From: Vicinamibacterales bacterium
Lineage (GTDB): Bacteria; Acidobacteriota; Vicinamibacteria; Vicinamibacterales; JAMQPK01
Direction of reading: 5' to 3'
NCBI GenBank assembly: GCA_963730445.1
Contig: CAVSRX010000006.1
Coordinates: 26,082-90,081, forward strand
Length of the DNA stretch: 64,000 bases
This document shows, piece by piece, positions 56,281 through 64,000 of the stretch. The translations under genes and the position numbers were made by a program. The notes below the pieces were generated by a model. That model made no database searches and was not told the origin of the DNA. It saw nothing but the letters and a program-made list of their open reading frames with translations. How positions within the stretch are numbered: the first letter of the stretch is position 1; each line of letters begins with the position of its first letter.

Positions 56281-56733
56281 AGATGTTCCTGGTGGTGCTG
56301 ATGATGGCGTTGCTGCCTGCTGTCGCCGGCGCACAAACGAAGCCGCCGGCCGACAACAAGGCGATTGCGCGGCGATACTTCGACGAGATCCTCAACAAGG
56401 GCAGCGCGGCCGCGACTCGACTCGATCATTGCGGCCGACGTGGTGTTTCGCAATCCGCCGGCCGTCGTCAAGGGCATCGCAGAGTTTCGGAAGCTCATTG
56501 CGTCGCTGCGCGGCGCGTTTCCCGATCTCCATTTCACGCTCGAAGACGAGCTCGCCGAAGGCAACAAGGTTGCGACCCGCTGGGTGATGCGCGGCACGCA
56601 GGGCGCCCGCAAGGTGGACGTCAGCGGCATGGACATCTTTCTGATCGAGAACGGGAAAATCAGGGAGATCTGGGTGAACATGGATTCGCTGGCGCAAGCG
56701 CAGCAGATGGGCGCTGTGCCCGCGCAGATGATG
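56277..56733 (+). CDS. SnoaL-like ester cyclase, exported; one frameshift near 56410, 3' end uncertain
   Basis: MKMFLVVLMMALLPAVAGAQ..NKAIARRYFDEILNKG (ORF 56277). Then LDSIIAADVVFRNPP..GIAEFRKLIASLRGAFPDLHFTLEDELAEGNKVATRWVMRGT..IENGKIREIWVNMD (ORF 56365). No stop before the next gene's signal peptide. Confidence 0.7.
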
Positions 56734-58128
56734 ATGAAGACGGCTTCCGCGCTCTCGGCGTGTGCTGTCGTCCTCGTCTTCGTGCGGCAGCCATGCGGGC
56801 GCGCAGCCAGCGCCCTCTGCCGATCGCGCGCTCGCGCGCGAGATTCTCGAAGAGCTCGTTGAGATTCAAACCACAGAGGAACAGGGCACGGCGCGCGCGG
56901 CCGCAGGCGATGGCCGCACGGCTGATTGCCGCCGGGTTTCCAAAAGACGACGTGCACGTCATCGGCCACGATGCGCGAACGCAGAATCTGGTTGCGCGCT
57001 TTCGGGGACCGAACCCCGGCGCGCGCGGCGTACTGCTGATGGCGCACATCGACGTCGTGCCCGCGCGGCGCGAAGACTGGTCGGTCGATCCGTGGACCTT
57101 TCTGGAGCGCGACGGTTGGTTTTACGGTCGAGGTTCGACCGACAACAAAGCCGGCGCGGCGATGCTCGTCGCCAACTTCATCACGTTGAAGCGCGCGGGA
57201 TGGAAGCCGGCCCGCGATCTCGTCATCGTGCTGACCGGAGACGAAGAAACGGCGCAGAAGAGCATTCAGTGGCTGCTTGCCGAACGGCGCGCGCTGGTCG
57301 ATGCCGAGATCGCTTTCAACACCGATGGCGGCGGCGTAAAGCTGAGGGATGGCCGTCCGGCTGTCTTCGAAATGCAGGCGAGCGAAAAAATCTACGCGGA
57401 CTATCAGCTCGAAGTGACCGACGTGGGCGGCCACAGTTCGCTCGTGCGGCCCGATAATCCGATTTACACGCTGGCCGCGGCGCTCACGCGCATCGGCGAA
57501 CATCAGTTTCCGCTGCATGTGAACGAGGTGACGCGGATGTTTCTCGAGCGGGCGGCCGCGACGGAGAGCGGACAGACCGCGATCGACATGCGCGCCGTCG
57601 CCGCCGTGAAGCCCGACCTGGCCGCCGCCGCGCGGCTGTCGCGCACGCCGTTCTACAACGCGCAGATTCGCACGACGTGCGTGGCCACAAAAGTCGAGGC
57701 AGGGCCACGCGAACAACGCGCTGCCGCAGATGGCGCGCGCGGTGGTGAACTGCCGGATTCTCCCCGGACTGCCTGGCGCAGACGTCGAGGCTGTCGTCCG
57801 CCGCCTCGCCGGCGAGAAGGTGAAGGTGACGGTGCTCGAGCCGCCGATCGCCAGCCCACCGTCGACGCTCACGCCGGCGCTGTTGTCGCGCCTCGAACCG
57901 CTCATCGCAAAACACTGGCCGAATATTCCCGTGATTCCTTTGATGCAGGCGGGCGCGACCGATGGGATGTACACGAGGAACGCCGGGATTCCCACCTACG
58001 GCGTCTCCGGGATTGATGAGAATCCGGAGGATGTGCGCGCGCACGGAAAGGACGAGCGGGTCGGCGTCGAGTCGTTTTACAGGGCCACGCAGTTCTGGCT
58101 CGAGCTCATGAGGGAATTTGGACAATGA
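56734..58128 (+). pseudogene. M20 family metallopeptidase, 3 frame switches (about 56790, 56895, 57710)
   Basis: MKTASALSACAVVLVFV. REILEELVEIQTTEEQGT (ORF 56762 frame). LLMAHIDVVPA..FYGRGSTDNKAG..VIVLTGDEE..EVTDVGGHSS (ORF 56277 frame). ARAVVNCRILPG..AGATDGMY..DERVGVESF (ORF 57730..58128). Confidence 0.8.
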
Positions 58129-58934
58129 CTAAATCCATCGTACTCATCGCGCTGATGCTCACCGCCACCGTATCGGGCCAGCAGAAGCCGGCGCCAATCG
58201 GCTACGACGACACGCCCATGCAGCCCAACGGGAAGTGGCGCGTGCACCAAACCGCGCGCCCGTACCCGGCCGTCATCACGCCGCCACCGGCCGGCGGTCC
58301 TGTCGCGCCTCCATCCGACGCCATCGTGCTGCTCGGTGCGGCCGACGATCTCAGCGCGTGGCAGATGGACGATGGATCGGCAGCCACATGGGCGATGAAG
58401 GGCGGCGTGCTGCACACAGGCAAGGGGATGCTGCGCACCAAATACCAGTTCACCGATGTGCAGCTGCATGTCGAGTTCGCGACGCCGTCCGAGGTGAAAG
58501 GCGACAGCCAGGGACGCGGCAACAGCGGCGTGTTCCTGCTCGGCCACTTCGAGATCCAGGTGCTCGACAGCTATCGCAACATCACGTATGCCGATGGCCA
58601 GGCCGCGTCGATGTACGGGCAGTATCCGCCGCTCGTGAACGTGGCGCGCGCGCCGGGAGAGTGGCAAGCCTACGACATCATCTTCAGAGCGCCGCGTTTC
58701 GCCGGCGACGGACAACTCGCGAAGCCTGCCCTCGTCACCGTGCTGCACAATGGCGTCGTCGTGCACCACGCCACGCCGTTCTGGGGCCCGACGCGCCATC
58801 GCAGCGTCCTGCCCTACACACCGGCCATGGCGAGGGGACCGCTCGCCCTGCAGGACCACGGAAACCCCGTCCGCTATCGCAATATCTGGATTCGCGCGCT
58901 GAGGGATTACGACACCGGGGGTGACGGGTGGTAG
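58125..58934 (+). CDS. DUF1080 (3-keto-disaccharide hydrolase) family protein, exported
   Basis: Intact 269 aa. GNSGVFLLGHFEIQVLDSY, PGEWQAYDIIFRAPRF, VLHNGVVV, GPLALQDHGNPVRYRNIWIR. Confidence 0.85.
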   Translation: MTKSIVLIALMLTATVSGQQKPAPIGYDDTPMQPNGKWRVHQTARPYPAVITPPPAGGPVAPPSDAIVLLGAADDLSAWQMDDGSAATWAMKGGVLHTGKGMLRTKYQFTDVQLHVEFATPSEVKGDSQGRGNSGVFLLGHFEIQVLDSYRNITYADGQAASMYGQYPPLVNVARAPGEWQAYDIIFRAPRFAGDGQLAKPALVTVLHNGVVVHHATPFWGPTRHRSVLPYTPAMARGPLALQDHGNPVRYRNIWIRALRDYDTGGDGW

Positions 58935-59017
58935 CTACTAGCTGGTAGCTGGTAGCTTGTAGCCGGTAGCCTGTAGCACGTGGCTGTAGCTCGAAGCTGA
59001 TAGCTTGTAGTTAGTAG
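58931..59017 (+). repeat. GTAGCTN heptamer array (about 13 units), left inverted-repeat arm of the four-helix-bundle cassette
   Basis: GTAGCTA CTAGCTG GTAGCTG GTAGCTT GTAGCCG GTAGCCT GTAGCAC GTGGCT GTAGCTC GAAGCT GATAGCTT GTAGTTA GTAGCGG. TAG at 58932, 58939, 58946, 58953, 58960, 58967 and 58974. Spans the whole gap between two convergent stops. Confidence 0.9.
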
Positions 59018-59385
59018 CGGCCCTCCGGGCGCATGGATGCGATCAGGCCGTTCAACATCTTGCCCACTTCTTCGACGATTTCTTGAATCCGATCGTAGTC
59101 ATGCGTGGCGAGAAACCCCACACGCTTTGCGATTTCTAGCTGAACTTCGACCTCGGCCTGAGACCCGAGCGCGATGTCGAGGTGATTCAAGAATACTGTC
59201 TGACGCTTGCGGCGTTTTCCCTCACCGATGTTTGAAGGAATTGAAACGCTTGCCCGACGGATCTGAGACGTGAGGCCAAATTGCTCGGAGCGCGGGAATG
59301 ATTTGGTGACGCTGTAAATTTCCTCAACGAGCGTCATCGATCGCTGCCACACCGTCAGATTGCGAAACGATTCATGGTTAGTCAT
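59011..59385 (-). CDS. four-helix-bundle protein (TIGR02436 / 23S rRNA intervening-sequence protein / Avd-like family)
   Basis: ORF 59011..59490(-) trimmed to ATG 59385. MTNHESFRNLTVWQRSMTLVEEIYSVTKSFPRSEQFGLTSQIRRASVSIPSNIGEGKRRKRQTVFLNHLDIALGSQAEVEVQLEIAKRVGFL.. Confidence 0.85.
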   Translation of the reverse strand: MTNHESFRNLTVWQRSMTLVEEIYSVTKSFPRSEQFGLTSQIRRASVSIPSNIGEGKRRKRQTVFLNHLDIALGSQAEVEVQLEIAKRVGFLATHDYDRIQEIVEEVGKMLNGLIASMRPEGRY

Positions 59386-59494
59386 GCTGCGACAGGCTGC
59401 AAGGTGCGTGCTGCGCAGAATTGCGGGAAATCGCGAGATTTCATGTAGACGTTGCAATTTCTGCGATCCGCAGGATCGCAATTTCTGCAACGCC

Positions 59495-59565
59495 CGGCTA
59501 CCGGCTACCGGCTTATGGGCTACCAGCCACAGGCTACAAGCTACCGGCTACCAGCTACCAGCTAG
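59495..59565 (-). repeat. right inverted-repeat arm (reverse-complement GTAGCYN heptamers, about 10 units)
   Basis: CGGCTAC CGGCTAC CGGCTTATG GGCTAC CAGCCAC AGGCTAC AAGCTAC CGGCTAC CAGCTAC CAGCTAG. CTA at 59498, 59505, 59520, 59534, 59541, 59548, 59555 and 59562. Confidence 0.9.
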
Positions 59566-59596
59566 ACGTGTAAAGTACCGCCCCGGAGGACAGCTC

Positions 59597-60394
59597 ATGA
59601 GATCGTTATTGATTGCCACTGCGCTCCTCATTGCGCAGCCTGCGTTCGCGCAGCTTGCGCCGCACAACGAAGCGGGCGTTACCTTCGGACATGTGCATCT
59701 GAGCGTAGCCGACCCGAAGGTGCATCATCAGATGTGGGTGGAGCAGTTCGGCGGTGTGGTAGCCACCAAGGGCACCTTCACCATCGTGAAGCTGCCCAAC
59801 ATGATGATCGCCTTTCGCGGCACGAAGCCGACGGGCGGCACCGAGACGACGGCGCTGAACCACTTCGGGCTGAAGGTGCCGAGCATGGCCAACGCCATCG
59901 CAAAGTGGAAAGCCGCGGGCTACGAAGTACAGCGCGAGTTCAAGGGCAGCGAGGGATTTCCGAACGCGTTCCTGATCGGTCCCGACGGCCTGCGCTTCGA
60001 GCTCCAGGAAGACACCACGTTGAAGGCGCCGGCCGTCGCGTATCACCTGCACTTCCAGGTGCCCGAGCCGGCGAAGCTTCGCGATTGGTACGTGGACACC
60101 TACGGGCTGAAGGCCGGCAAGCAGGGCAACTTCGAAGTGGCCGAGGCGCCGGGCATGCGGTTGCTGTTCGCGCCCTCGAAGGAAGCGCCCACGATGGGCA
60201 CGCGCGGCACGACGGTCGATCACATCGGCTTCGAGATTCGCAATCTCGCCGAGTTCCTGAAGAAGCTCGAGGCGAAAGGCATCAAGCTGGAGACCGCGTA
60301 TCGCGAGATTCCGGCGATCGGCCTCAACATCTCGTATCTCTACGATCCGTTGAACGTGTATATCGAGATGACGGAAGGGTATACGGGGTACTGA
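59597..60394 (+). CDS. two-domain VOC family protein, exported
   Basis: GGAGGA then ATG 59597. MRSLLIATALLIAQPAFAQ. FGHVHLSVADPKVHHQMW..NHFGLKVPS and ..YHLHFQVPEP..VDHIGFEIRNLAEFLKKLEAKG. Confidence 0.8.
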   Translation: MRSLLIATALLIAQPAFAQLAPHNEAGVTFGHVHLSVADPKVHHQMWVEQFGGVVATKGTFTIVKLPNMMIAFRGTKPTGGTETTALNHFGLKVPSMANAIAKWKAAGYEVQREFKGSEGFPNAFLIGPDGLRFELQEDTTLKAPAVAYHLHFQVPEPAKLRDWYVDTYGLKAGKQGNFEVAEAPGMRLLFAPSKEAPTMGTRGTTVDHIGFEIRNLAEFLKKLEAKGIKLETAYREIPAIGLNISYLYDPLNVYIEMTEGYTGY

Positions 60395-60450
60395 GTCGAA
60401 GAGTCGAAGAGTCGGAGAGAGTCGAAGAGTCGGGGAGTCGAAGAGTCGGG
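60393..60450 (+). repeat. tandem octamer array GAGTCGRR x7
   Basis: GAGTCGAA GAGTCGAA GAGTCGGA GAGAGTCGAA GAGTCGGG GAGTCGAA GAGTCGGGG. Starts inside the TGA stop (60392-60394) of the VOC gene. Confidence 0.85.
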
Positions 60451-60483
60451 GCGATGGCGGTGAGCTGTCGCCCCGTTTTGTTT

Positions 60484-61122
60484 ATGGGTGGATTGATCGA
60501 TCTTCGGACATGGAAGCGGCGCGACCACTATTTGTGGTTCCGCAACTACGCGCAGCCGTTCTTCAGCGTGACGGTTGACGTCGATGTGACCCCCGTGTGG
60601 AACAAATGCCGCAAGCCGGGGGCGCCGTCCTTCTTTCTGTCGTCTGTGTTTCCGATGTTGAAAGCCGCGAACGATGTCGAGGCGTTCCGCCTGCGCCTTC
60701 GCCCGCGTGGCGTGTGGCGCCACGATCGTGTGGCCGTCGGTCCAACCATCATGCGGCCGGATGACACATTCGGCTTCGTGCGCCTTGAGCCGGCGGCGAG
60801 CTTCGAGGAATTTTCCGCGCATAGTCGAGCGGCGATCGCGCGTGCCGCGGAGCGGAAAGCACTGGCGCCGTCTAAAAAGATCACCGACGACATCATCTTC
60901 CAGTCGGTGCTGCCGTGGCTGCGCTTCACGTCGTTCACGAACGCCTTGCCGGGTAAGGGCGACTCGATTCCACGCGTGGTGTTCGGCCAGTGCGCGCGCC
61001 AGGGCTCGCGGATGACCATGCCGGTGGCCGTCGAGGTGCACCATGCGCTCGTCGACGGTCTCGACGTGGCGCGATTCTTCGAGCGCTTCGGCGAGTACAT
61101 TCATAGTAGTGCTGACCTTTAG
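60484..61122 (+). CDS. CatA-like (chloramphenicol-type) O-acetyltransferase family protein
   Basis: In the frame of ORF 59734..61122. MGGLIDLRTWKRRDHYLWFRNYAQPFFSVTVDVDVT..FQSVLPWLRFTSFTN..MPVAVEVHHALVDGLDVARFF. An alternative ATG lies at 60454. Confidence 0.75.
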   Translation: MGGLIDLRTWKRRDHYLWFRNYAQPFFSVTVDVDVTPVWNKCRKPGAPSFFLSSVFPMLKAANDVEAFRLRLRPRGVWRHDRVAVGPTIMRPDDTFGFVRLEPAASFEEFSAHSRAAIARAAERKALAPSKKITDDIIFQSVLPWLRFTSFTNALPGKGDSIPRVVFGQCARQGSRMTMPVAVEVHHALVDGLDVARFFERFGEYIHSSADL

Positions 61123-61129
61123 GTCAGCC
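61107..61129 (+). promoter_or_regulatory. conserved small hairpin motif, copy 3
   Basis: TAGT GCTGACC TTTA GGTCAGC C. The stop TAG of the acetyltransferase (61120-61122) spans the loop-stem junction. Ends 23 nt before ATG 61152, with GGAGG in between. A further GGTCAGCC repeat follows at 61131-61138. Confidence 0.6.
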
Positions 61130-61151
61130 AGGTCAGCCTGGAGGCACACAT

Positions 61152-62209
61152 ATGAAGCGCGCATCGCTCGTGCTCGTCGCTGCGGTCTTGTGTGCCGCGT
61201 TTCCTGCCGCGCAATCGAAGACGCTCGACATCTACGTCCTCGACGTCGAAGGTGGAAACGCGACGCTGTTCGTGACGCCGTCTCGCGAATCGGTGCTGAT
61301 CGACACCGGCAACGGCGGGCCTGCGGCTGTGCGCGACGCCGATCGCATCATGGCCGCCGTCAAGGACGCAGGGCTCGCGCAGATTGATGCGCTCGTGACG
61401 TCGCACTGGCACGGCGATCACATGGGCGCGATGGCCGAGCTGGCGAGCCGTATCCCGATTCGCCACTACCTCGATCACGGCGGCAACGTGCAGCCGGCAG
61501 CCGCGATCGACGCGTTTCTGAAGGACACCTATCCCGGGCTGTTCGCGAAATCGAAGCACACGGTCGTGAAAGCAGGTGAGACGGCTGCCGCTGAAGGGTG
61601 TCGAGTGGCGTTTCGTCACGTCGGCCCGCGAGAGCATCAGGAATCCGCTGCCCGGTGCGGGCCGCCCGAATCCGCACTGCGCGGGATTCAAGCCGCACGA
61701 CGGTGAATCCGGTGTCGGGCCAGCCGGTCGGCAACACCGAAGACGAGCACTCAGTCGGCTCGCACGTGACCTTCGGCAAATTCCGCGCGCTGTATCTCGC
61801 CGATTTTCCGTGGAACAAAGAGTTCGAGCTGATGTGCCCCACCAATCGTCTGGGGACGGTCGAGTTTCTCCTGGTGTCGCGCCACGGCCAGCACAGCTCG
61901 AATTCCGAAGCACTGGTGCACGCGTTGCGGCCGCGCGTGGCGGTCATCAACAACGGCATCCGCAAGGGCGGACAGCCCGAGACGATGCGGGTGCTGTATT
62001 CGAGTCCGGGGTTGGAAGATATCTGGCAGGGTCACGTCGCGCAGCTGAGCGGGCCGGAGCATGCCATCCCCGGAATTTTCGTCAGCAATATCGTCGACGA
62101 TCCGCAGCACAGCCCGGCGTATTGGATTAAGGTGTCGGCGCAGTCGGACGGTTCGTTTACGGTGACGAACAGCCGCAACGGGTTCAGCAAGACTTACTCC
62201 CCGCCCTGA
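61152..62209 (+). CDS. MBL-fold metallo-hydrolase (ComEC-type beta-lactamase domain), exported; two frameshifts (about 61575, 61700)
   Basis: LDIYVLDVEGGNATLFVTP..VLIDTGNGG..DALVTSHWHGDHMGAM (ORF 61152). RLPLKGVEWRFVTSA (ORF 61576 frame). GSHVTFGKFRALYLADF..EFLLVSRHGQHSSNS..VAVINNG (ORF 61598..62209). Confidence 0.7.
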
Positions 62210-62231
62210 GCGAGCGGAGCGAGTCGAAGGG

Positions 62232-62637
62232 TTACGCCGCTTCCGCGGTGAGGATTTTCTCGAGGCGCTGCACGACCTCGCGGTAGCCGAAGCGCTTGTA
62301 CAGAAGGTGAGCGCCGTGGCGCTGGATGATCTCGTCTTCCGTCGCGTCGACCTCGGTCACGCCCGTCAGCACGACCACCGGCACGTCGTCGTAGCGCGCC
62401 TCGAGCCGCATCTGTTCGAGCACTTCCAGTCCCGATCGTTCCTCCGCCAGCCGCAGGTCGAGAATGACGGCATCGATGTTCGCCGACCTCAAACGCAACA
62501 GAGCAGTCTCAGGATCGCTCGCGTGCAGCACGTCGCAGCCTGCGCGCGCGAAAAACTGTTCGAGAATGCACCGTGTCGTCAGCGCGTCCTCGACGACGAG
62601 GACTGTGCGCCGGGGACTGGGCTTGAGGATCAGTCAT
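62232..62637 (-). CDS. single-domain response regulator (CheY-like); one frameshift near 62605
   Basis: Own translation from ATG 62637: MTDPQAQSPA. One frame over: TVLVVEDALTTRCILEQFFARAGCDV, joining ORF 62232..62531(-) LHASDPETALLRLRSANIDAVILDLRLAEERSGLEVLEQMR..VPVVVLTG. Confidence 0.7.
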
Positions 62638-62793
62638 GCCAGTCACCGGGGCAACATCGATACCACAATAAACCGTCGATTAAGCCCTTTGTTCATGGCA
62701 CTTTCTGGGTTGCACAGTCCTGCACGGGGCACAGCGTGTGCCGTGCTGGAACAAGAAGTTGCACCGTTGTAAGCGGTACTCTACCGTTAGAGG

Positions 62794-64000
62794 ATGAAAA
62801 AACTCGCTGCTGCCGCGCTTCTGGTGACCGCGGCGGCTGCTCGCTGCCGCCTTCGCGCAAGGCGCAGCAGGAAACAACCCCCATTTTCCGGGCCGGAACG
62901 ACGCTGGTGGAGTTCTCGATTGTCGCGACCGACGAGCGGGGGCAGCCGGTCACCGATCTCAAGCAGAACGAAATCGCCATCGTGCAGAACGGCAAGCCGC
63001 AGCCGGTCGCGTTCTTCCGATTCGAGGGCTCGGCGTTCGCGCCGGATGCCGCCGAGCCGGTGCGCGAGTCGATCGCGCCAGGCATCTTCACCAACCGCGT
63101 CGAGTACTCGCCCGGGCCGGCGCGCAACGTGACGGCCATCGTCATCGACACCCTCAACACGCTGCCCGAAGATCAGGTGGCGGTGAAGGCGCAGGTGATG
63201 CAGTACCTCCGCGCGCTCGCGCCCAACACGCGCGTGGCGGTGTACATGCTCGGAGCGAACCTGCGCATCCTCCACGACTTCACCGACGATCTCGACGCGC
63301 TGCGCGCGCGGCTCGCGAAGCACAACATCGAGTTCAACGTTCAGGCGATCTCGGCCGACGAGCTGAACCGCCGGCAGCTGCAGGAGGCCGAGCATTTCAA
63401 TGACGCGGTCGACCAGTACGCCGAGGACGGCGCTGATGAAGACGCGAGAGTTCGAGGCCGAGCGCCAGGCAGAGCTCAACAAAGTGCGCGGCCACATCGC
63501 CAGGGCTGAAGAATATTTTCAGGAACAGCTGCACATGCGCCGCATGAACCAGACGGTTGCGTCGCTCGAGGCGCTGGGCAATCACCTGTCAGGCATTCCC
63601 GGGCGGAAGAACATGGTCTGGATTAGCGGCGGCATCGCGGTGCTGACGCAGGGCGCGCAGGATCGCTGGGTCAACACCTACGCGACGCAGGTGCGCGGGC
63701 TGGCGCAACGTCTGGCGACGCAGGGCATCACGGTGTATCCGGTGCAGGCCACTGGGCTCGCAGGTCGGCATTCTCGGAACGAATACGACGGCGCAAGGCT
63801 CGAGCAAGGGGCAGGAGGAGAAGATGCAGCTGCGCCCCATGACGAGAGAGAACGATCTGCGCATCTGGGGCACGATGGATATGCTGGCCGATATCACCGG
63901 CGGCCGCGCCTTCCGGAACACGAACGAGCTGACGGCCGGCGTGCGCGCGGCAGCCACCGACATGCGCGGCTCGTACTCGGTCGGCTTCTACGTTCCTGAA
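62794..64000 (+). pseudogene. second TIGR03436-type VWA domain protein, at least 3 frame switches, runs off the right edge
   Basis: MKKLAAAALLVTAAAA (ORF 62794). IFRAGTTLVEFSIVATDERGQPVTDLKQNEIAIVQNGKPQPVAFFRFEG..VTAIVIDTLN (ORF 62307 frame). ..GRKNMVWISGG..GITVYPVQA (ORF 63400). Own translation of the last frame: ..WGTMDMLADITGGRAFRNTNELTAGVRAAATDMRGSYSVGFYVPE. Confidence 0.7.

Noticed and set aside
58931-59565. Possibility that the short tandem arrays (also 54442-54476 and 60393-60450) are CRISPR arrays
   Set aside because: Units are 7-8 nt and contiguous, with no unique spacers of 25-40 nt. No cas genes are in the window.
62696-62714. Sigma-54-like promoter TGGCAC-N8-TTGCA upstream of the second VWA gene
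   Set aside because: The GG-to-GC distance is 15 nt instead of the required 12, so the -24/-12 elements are out of register.

Overview
High-GC segment (about two-thirds G+C by eye, not computed), almost certainly from an Acidobacteriota chromosome or MAG. It encodes a TIGR03435-family protein, two TIGR03436-type VWA proteins and a TIGR02999-type ECF sigma factor coupled to a Ser/Thr kinase. I count about 85 tightly packed protein genes, many joined by ATGA/GTGA/TAATG stop-start overlaps. Small accessory detox/stress enzymes dominate: at least 8 VOC/glyoxalase, 4 DinB, 4 cupin, plus GNAT, NUDIX, SnoaL, YdeI and CAT-like. There are also exported hydrolases (arylsulfatase, BNR sialidase, DUF1080, M20 peptidase, acetamidase, creatininase), two APC permeases, and GMC and PQQ oxidoreductases. 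I recognised no rRNA, tRNA, CRISPR array, transposase or integrase. Two things stand out. (1) Roughly 30 otherwise well-conserved genes are interrupted by indel-type frame switches, at least 45 in total and often in compensating pairs. Several neighbouring genes also run together in frame with no stop. This is either a noisy consensus or real gene decay, so all coordinates of split genes are approximate. (2) The intergenic DNA is unusual. Many gene junctions carry arrays of locus-specific degenerate 7-8 nt words (GTAGCTN, GTAGAAA, GGTTCCR, GAGTCGRR, CACGAAGR, CTCTGCGY, TAGATCT) arranged as hairpins or long inverted-repeat arms. At least three word families recur at distant loci. Two inverted-repeat pairs box in small gene cassettes. 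One holds a 23S-IVS/Avd-type four-helix-bundle gene and the other a cupin plus a small membrane protein. Two gene-free nested palindromes of about 300 bp sit between convergent genes. The heptamer arrays place TAG at an exact 7-nt period, which gives stops in all three frames. A separate small hairpin motif (TAGT, 7-bp stem, TTYA loop, stem, C) occurs three times with compensatory stem changes, each 21-23 nt upstream of a start codon. I consider this word-repeat palindrome and cassette system the most interesting and least explained content of the window.
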